From Diplonema japonicum (lineage: Eukaryota > Protista > Euglenozoa: Diplonemea): 64,000 bases of DNA. The stretch spans positions 558,001 to 622,000 of the forward strand of contig OZ025657.1 of the NCBI GenBank assembly GCA_964019335.1. The letters are read 5' to 3'. Position 1 is the first letter of the stretch; the number at the start of each line of letters is the position of its first letter. Positions 58,641-64,000 of the stretch are shown piece after piece. Under the pieces are notes generated by a model. That model was not told where the DNA came from, did no database searches, and saw nothing but the letters and a program-made list of their open reading frames with translations. The position numbers and the translations under genes were made by a program.

Positions 58641-58832
58641 CTAGCCGCTCCACGTCACGGCGTCCGGCTTGAAGATGTTGAAGTCTTTCCCACCGCTGTC
58701 CCGTTCCAGGTCGTTGATGCTCTTGTGCAGATGCCCGTCAGTCCCTCCACTTTTTTTTTTCCCGATGCTGGATGCAACCAGCTTTCCGTTTACCGTCCGT
58801 ACTGTTGGGCCTTCGGAAAAGCCTAATGCCAT
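58641..58832 (-). CDS. Small hypothetical protein (63 aa)
   Basis: Coding-like ORF MALGFSEGP...AVTWSG, co-oriented with the cluster. Confidence 0.45.
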   Translation of the reverse strand: MALGFSEGPTVRTVNGKLVASSIGKKKSGGTDGHLHKSINDLERDSGGKDFNIFKPDAVTWSG

Positions 58833-59683
58833 TGAAGCTAAGTGGTGGTATTGCAAGTAGATAAGAATGACAAGAAAATAACGATCACACCTTTGGGGCT
58901 AAGGGGGGGGCAGAGGGGCACGCAGCAATCAAAGCAAACTCGACTGCGTTGGTGAAAGGGTGGGACGAATGGGGCGGGAAAAGAAGCCGGGCAAAGCTCT
59001 AGCCAAGAAGGGGGGGGGGGGGGGGGGAGAGGGGAGGATAGGGGATGGGATGGATTGGCCGGCTATCTTAAACTCTTATTTTTTCTTCTTTTCTTTTATT
59101 TCTTCGTTTTTTTTTCTTTTTTAAAACCAACCGCTGTGTGCTAATTTTGAAACTACTCTTTGTTTCCTTTTTTTTCCCCCTCCCTCTTTTTTCTTTTTCT
59201 GACCGCCAGAAAGAAAAGAAATAGGAACGAGCAAAAAAATAGAAAAAAAGAAGCTACCACTCTTCAAGGGTTCGTTCCAACTACACCACGAAAGAAAAAA
59301 ATGCTCGCAAAAAAAAAAAAGAAAATTGTGAACTTCTATCGGCCCATCACACCCAATAGCAAGGCAGATTTTTTTTTATTCAAAATAAACTTTCAAAAGA
59401 AAATGCACATGAAAAGACTATTGAAGAAATAAAAAAAAACATGGGGGGTGTCCTCCCCACTGACCTTCTTCATCCTCATCATTTCTCTTCGAAACACCTT
59501 GAAGAAAAAAATGGGGGGGTGAAAAAAAGAAAGAGAGGAATACCTACACCCGGGGAGGAGGGTCCGGGTATAAAAGAAATTGCAGTGCTATGCAAACACT
59601 CACTTTTTTTTTCATTCACATCTTATGGGGTATTCTAATAAGGGGTTTTTTTTTTTCTTCCAGAAAGCGAAAAACTACGTTAC

Positions 59684-61353
59684 TCACTTCGCGTTCATGT
59701 TCTTCACCATTTCTTCGTACCTGTATGAATGAAATTTAAAAAAAAAAAGAAAATTATATTTTATTAGTCATACATTTCCCTGTTGTTGCCTTTACCAGGG
59801 AGGGCCATCGTCTGCGCCTGGTTGGCTTGTTCCTGTGTGGGGGGGTTTTTTTTTGCCTTTTTTTTCTCTACCTCTTCCGCCTTCTTCTTGGCCGACCCCC
59901 AGTCGCCCATTGTCTTTGTGAGGTGTTCCACTGCCTTTGCATCTAATTGTTCTTTCACCTCCAGCCTCGACTTGTCAAAGTTCACGTTGAACCAAGGGTG
60001 CTCCACGATCTCAGGTATCTTGACTCTCTTGTTGGCCTTGGGGTTGAGAATCTCTCTGATGATGTCTTTGGCAGAGTCTGAGAGCTCGGAACCGGGGGGG
60101 ATCTCGTAGCTGCCCTTCCCGATCTTGCGAAGCAGTGTCGGCAAGTCCTTCGCCGTGAAGGGAAGATCGCCCACCAGCATCACATACAAGATAATGCCTG
60201 CAGTGCTTGTGACTTGTTACTAACATACCCAGCGACCACACGTCAGCTGTGAACCCAGAGTATCCTTTCGACTTGGTCACCACCTCGGGTGCTACGTAGT
60301 AAGGTGTCCCGCAGCACGTCTGCATGTTGAGGTTAGATGGCACAGCACCCAATGTGTCGGTGTTTTGGATGTTGGAAAGCCCGAAGTCGGTAATCTTGCA
60401 GATACCATCCTTCGTGATGAGGATGTTCTCCGGCTTCAAGTCACGGTGCACAACACCCTGGGAGTGCACGTAGTTGATGCCCACCACAAGCTGCTGGAAG
60501 TAGTCGCGGGCAGTCTCCTCGTTGAGGTGCTTGCCTACGGTGATCTTCTTCATGAGCTCATCGCCGTCCACGAACTCCACCACAATCCACATCTCGTTGT
60601 CTGCCTCCTTGTAGAGGAGCTCGTTCAAATTCACAAGGTTGGGGTGGTGCAGCGACCCCATAATGGCCACCTCACGGTACAGCCTCTGCTCCCCTGCTTC
60701 GCCCTCCTTTGCGAGGAGAGCCTTCGAGATCCTCTTTACCGCCACGACCTCCTGCGTCTCGTTGTTGACCGCCCTCACCACCGTGCCGTAGGCACCCTTC
60801 CCAAGCCTCTCTCCAAGTGTGTACCTCGAAGTGTCAGCCGACACTCTCGACTTGACACCATCAAGGTCCAGCGTCCTCACAATTCTCCCTTTCTTCTCGG
60901 GCTCCTTTTTCTCAGGGGAGCCCATGATATGCGGTGCCGTCATGCTGCCTTCCTGTACAGGGGCATCCAGAGGCTTTGTCTCAGGCTCCTTGGGCTCTTC
61001 TTGGACAGGTTCTTTCACCGGTTCGGGCTCAGGCACCGGTTCTGGCTTCGGTTCCTCCACTGGCTCCGGCTCTGCGGGCTTTTCTTCTTTCTTCTCCTCG
61101 GGCTTTGCCTCTTCTTCCTTTTTGGGTTCCACCGGTTTAGCTTCCACGGGCTTCGGCTCTTCCTTCGCGGGTTTCGGCCTGTGCTTGTTGCTGGTGTGTG
61201 TGAAACATACTCTTCTTTAGGTGCTGGCTTCACCTCTTCTTTCGGTTCGGGCTTCTGAGTGGGCTTGGGCTTGTTGCTTGATGGCGACGGATTAGGTTTT
61301 TTGTCCTTCTGCGGTGCAGAAGTCTTTTTTTCTTCGGACGCACAATTTCCCAT
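59684..61353 (-). CDS. CAMK-group (SNF1/CIPK-like) Ser/Thr kinase with N-terminal acylation motif and EPK-rich extension
   Basis: MGNCAS; LGKGAYG, VAVK, HRDLKPEN, DFG, CGTPYYVAPE, DVWSLG. Introns 61179-61210, 60198-60228, 59833-59871 (in frame, probable) and 59721-59773. Confidence 0.9.
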
Positions 61354-61505
61354 CTTGCTTGCCTCCCCCCTGTGATCGTTTCTTGTTGTCGTGTTGTATT
61401 GATAATAAAATATAACAAGAGTCAGAACCTACGGCCGTTGCCACAGCTGATCGAGCGGCTTCAGAAATGCATCAAGCTAACTATGCCAAGACTGGTAACT
61501 AAGAC

Positions 61506-62138
61506 TCACCTGAGGATGGCGTCTATGGCGGTGCTGCGCAATGGGGGTGGGCCTCTAGGGGGGATAGGAAGAGGGGGTTGGACAGGGGGTTCTGCCTGAG
61601 TGCACTGGTAGCCTTTTACCTCTACTTCCGAGATGACCACTTGGTGATCGGTGGCGCCTATTTCCGTGACACGGACGTAGCGCACACAAGAAGGAGTAGG
61701 GTAGGCTATGTTGTGTGAGTAGCCGCCGTCGGTCTGAGGGGTTTCAGTGTAGGTAAAGGAGGTGGCCTTGGGTGGCGACCAGAGGCGTCCGTCACTGGAG
61801 TACTGGAGGGTCACATGCCCGACGGAGTACTTCGACCACGTGTTCTTCACAATGTACGAGATTTCTAGAGAGGTCACACGCACAGGGGTCTTGAATACGA
61901 GCACAGGCCCCCAGTTCTCCCCTACCGAAAAGGCCACCCCATTTGTTGGTGTGATGAAATTCCCCCTCCAACCATTGTTCAAGACGTCCAACCCCTCGTC
62001 TCCATAGTGGCCCCCCCATCGCACGGGGGGGCGCGTGTAGTAGTACTTGTATTCCAACGTGACAGGGTCCTTGGAGTCCGTCCACCACCCCTCAGCACAT
62101 CCCACTATAGCCAGCACGGCACACAGTGTCGCCCTCAT
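61506..62138 (-). CDS. Secreted protein with a discoidin/galactose-binding-like beta domain
   Basis: Signal peptide MRATLCAVLAIVGCAEG; LQYSSDG..W, RYVRV, ISEVEV.G motifs. Confidence 0.6.
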   Translation of the reverse strand: MRATLCAVLAIVGCAEGWWTDSKDPVTLEYKYYYTRPPVRWGGHYGDEGLDVLNNGWRGNFITPTNGVAFSVGENWGPVLVFKTPVRVTSLEISYIVKNTWSKYSVGHVTLQYSSDGRLWSPPKATSFTYTETPQTDGGYSHNIAYPTPSCVRYVRVTEIGATDHQVVISEVEVKGYQCTQAEPPVQPPLPIPPRGPPPLRSTAIDAILR

Positions 62139-62496
62139 CACAAATCCACTGGGTGCGTGGCAAAGTGCGAAGTGAAAGAGAATCGAGAGAAAAAAGTGGA
62201 CTGCACAGAAAGAAGAAAAACAATGCAAAAGAATAAACGAAGAAGAACACAAACTACACAAAATAATGTGAGGGGGTAGATGGGTCAGGGTGAGGGGGAT
62301 CGCCAAAAGGATAGGGACAGTGGTGGTAGGGAGGGGGTTCCCCCTCTTCAGGGGACCTTGAGGCTGTGATGTTTCAGTAGTCTGTTTAACTGATCTATTT
62401 GGCTCGTCTCTTCTTTCTTCTAGCAATGTCTAGTGGCGGGTGGGTGGGGAGGGTTGTAGGTCCAGAATTCTAAGCTCGACCCTTCATCACTCGGAA

Positions 62497-63215
62497 CTAA
62501 TCATCTAAAGCCTGCTCGTCGAGAGCGTCGGAGCACATCTCCAGCTTGAAGCACTGCAGTGTGTTGTGTTGTGTTGTGATATCGAGCATCATACCTGGCA
62601 GATCCTTGCCTCAAGCCTGACTGCGGGGAAGTCGTCGCCGTGGGAAAGCCCCTCGAAACCTTGGATCTTGTCAACACCAACGCCGTTGTTGAAGAGGATG
62701 ATGCAAGGCAGGACAGTGATGCCGAGCTTGTCGGCGAAGAAAGGCGCTTCCTCGGCCACGATCTTCATGAACTTGACCTGCACCACTCGCTTGGAAATAG
62801 CGCCCAGCTTGTCGTGCATGATCTGGCACCTCTGGAACTTTTCGTGGTAGAAGTGCACCAAACTGAACTGGGTCTGCGTTACCTCAGGGAGGAAGTCTTT
62901 CTCCGTGATGTCTCTGTAGATCCCATGTCCCTCCTTCTTCAGCTCGTGGGTCTTTTCCTGCTTCTTCTTCAGCATCGCCATCCTCCTCGCCCTCAGCTCC
63001 AACAGTTCCGTGTCTTCTTCCACCATCTCCTCGACAACCGCCCCTGCTCCTACCTCAGACGCAGACTTCATGTACAACGGCTTCTTCGCTTCAGGCTCTG
63101 GCTTCGGCTCTCTCTTCTTCATATACTCGTCCGTCTTCATGTAGTCAATCATGTCCGCAACACGGGCACCAGCCTCGCCGTTGGAGTTGCCCGATACCAT
63201 TCCATTTTTAAGCAT
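62497..63215 (-). CDS. Phosducin-like / TXNDC9-type thioredoxin-fold protein
   Basis: R.RR...LK, GHG.YR.I.EKDF, VHFY...F.RC.IM, APF...KL.I.VLP, GFE.L...DDF; intron 62554-62594. Start approximate. Confidence 0.85.
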
Positions 63216-63366
63216 TTTGTCGATGAGTCTGAGCAAGTGAGCCAAAGCACTGTGAGCACATGGTACAACTAACTTAAAAAAGAAAAAAGAAGAAGAAAAA
63301 AAAAAAAAGACAAGGTCAGTTGCTGGAGTCTGGCAGAACAAGCAAGCCCCAGCCCCACAGTGCACA

Positions 63367-64000
63367 CTACGCGCGGTACTGGTAGAAACCTTGCCCATCG
63401 CATTCTGCGTACTTGCTCTCGATGAGGCTGTGCAGCGCCTTCCACACGGCTTCGGGTGTCGTGCAGTAACGTGACGTCTCCTTCAAGCTATCGAGAATAG
63501 AACCGAACACAAGAGCCTCTCCCTTGTGCGCCTTGAGCACCCTGACCAGTGCAGCCTCTACCATCTTGTTTGGCATGAGGCTCAGCGTAGCGACACGGTA
63601 CAGAGGCGAGGCAGGAAGCCCTTCAACATCGAGGGGGGGTGTGGGCTCACGCTGTGCCAAGAGACAGGTCTCCAAAACGGTGGTGTAGACAGCCGGTGGG
63701 ACGAGTGGCTTCAACTTACCGAGTATGGTGGATGGGAAGAGTTGAAGGGGGCGGATCAGGGGGTGCTTACTAGTGAGGAGGGGCTCCCATATGGCGAACG
63801 AGTTGTTGTTGTTGTCCTCCGAGTACCACCGCCAGAAGACACGGAAACAAAACTCAGGGTGCGGGTTGAAGATCTCATTAAAAAGGCCGAGCAGCGTGAG
63901 GAGGTCAGTTTGATGGATTGTTTTAAAACCAGGAAGGTCGGGGTAGGTGTCCGCTTCCATGGTACCGAGGAACTTGACGCATGTAACGCGAATCTCCGCG
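63367..64000 (-). CDS. Cullin-like protein, C-terminal part (neddylation winged helix); 5' part outside window
   Basis: VEAALVRVLK...LIESKY....Y.Y.A matches the cullin C-terminus; the frame is open to the window edge. Confidence 0.75.
   Translation of the reverse strand, partial: AEIRVTCVKFLGTMEADTYPDLPGFKTIHQTDLLTLLGLFNEIFNPHPEFCFRVFWRWYSEDNNNNSFAIWEPLLTSKHPLIRPLQLFPSTILGKLKPLVPPAVYTTVLETCLLAQREPTPPLDVEGLPASPLYRVATLSLMPNKMVEAALVRVLKAHKGEALVFGSILDSLKETSRYCTTPEAVWKALHSLIESKYAECDGQGFYQYRA

Noticed and set aside
62374-62490. Possible C/D snoRNA (GTGATGA at 62490-62484, CTGA near 62374)
   Set aside because: Long spacing, no terminal stem or identifiable guide; likely chance within the PLP 3' region.
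8-63272. Numerous plus-strand ORFs (e.g. 1970-2671, 28225-29295, 60365-61258)
   Set aside because: They are antisense shadows of well-supported minus-strand genes and carry no recognisable motifs.
1-64000. Alternative genetic code or non-canonical (euglenid-type) introns
   Set aside because: TAA, TAG and TGA all end conserved proteins at the expected positions, and every intron found is GT-AG.
1-64000. tRNA, rRNA, SL RNA or transposase/reverse-transcriptase genes
   Set aside because: None recognised by eye; tRNAscan-SE/Infernal would be needed to exclude them formally.

Overview
Eukaryotic (protist) genomic DNA with very homopolymer-rich intergenic spacers. About 27 protein-coding genes can be supported and all lie head-to-tail on the minus strand, some only ~100 bp apart. 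Many start codons have a CAG 3-25 nt upstream, often after a pyrimidine-rich tract. This suggests a polycistronic, spliced-leader trans-spliced gene cluster as in Euglenozoa; abundant cis-introns make a diplonemid-like lineage the best guess (inference). I reconstructed 30 tiny canonical GT-AG introns (31-94 nt). Many have A- or AC-rich rather than pyrimidine-rich 3' ends, and 25 of 30 lie in the 3' half of their CDS. Genes include a GAF phosphodiesterase, calcineurin A, RIB43A, HAS1/DDX18, a formin, two near-identical tandem creatine-kinase-like phosphagen kinases, a ~3800-aa HECT ligase, DBR1, LSM14, FOXRED1, a CAMK-group kinase, a phosducin-like protein and a cullin end. Intronless bacterial-type enzymes include a stand-alone TrpB, CysK, an ADH with PTS1, an AKR, a parvulin and a Shelph phosphatase. 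Non-coding highlights are a conserved ~25-40 nt element present three times in spacers and a repeat/hairpin-rich, MITE-like block at 6.9-7.6 kb.
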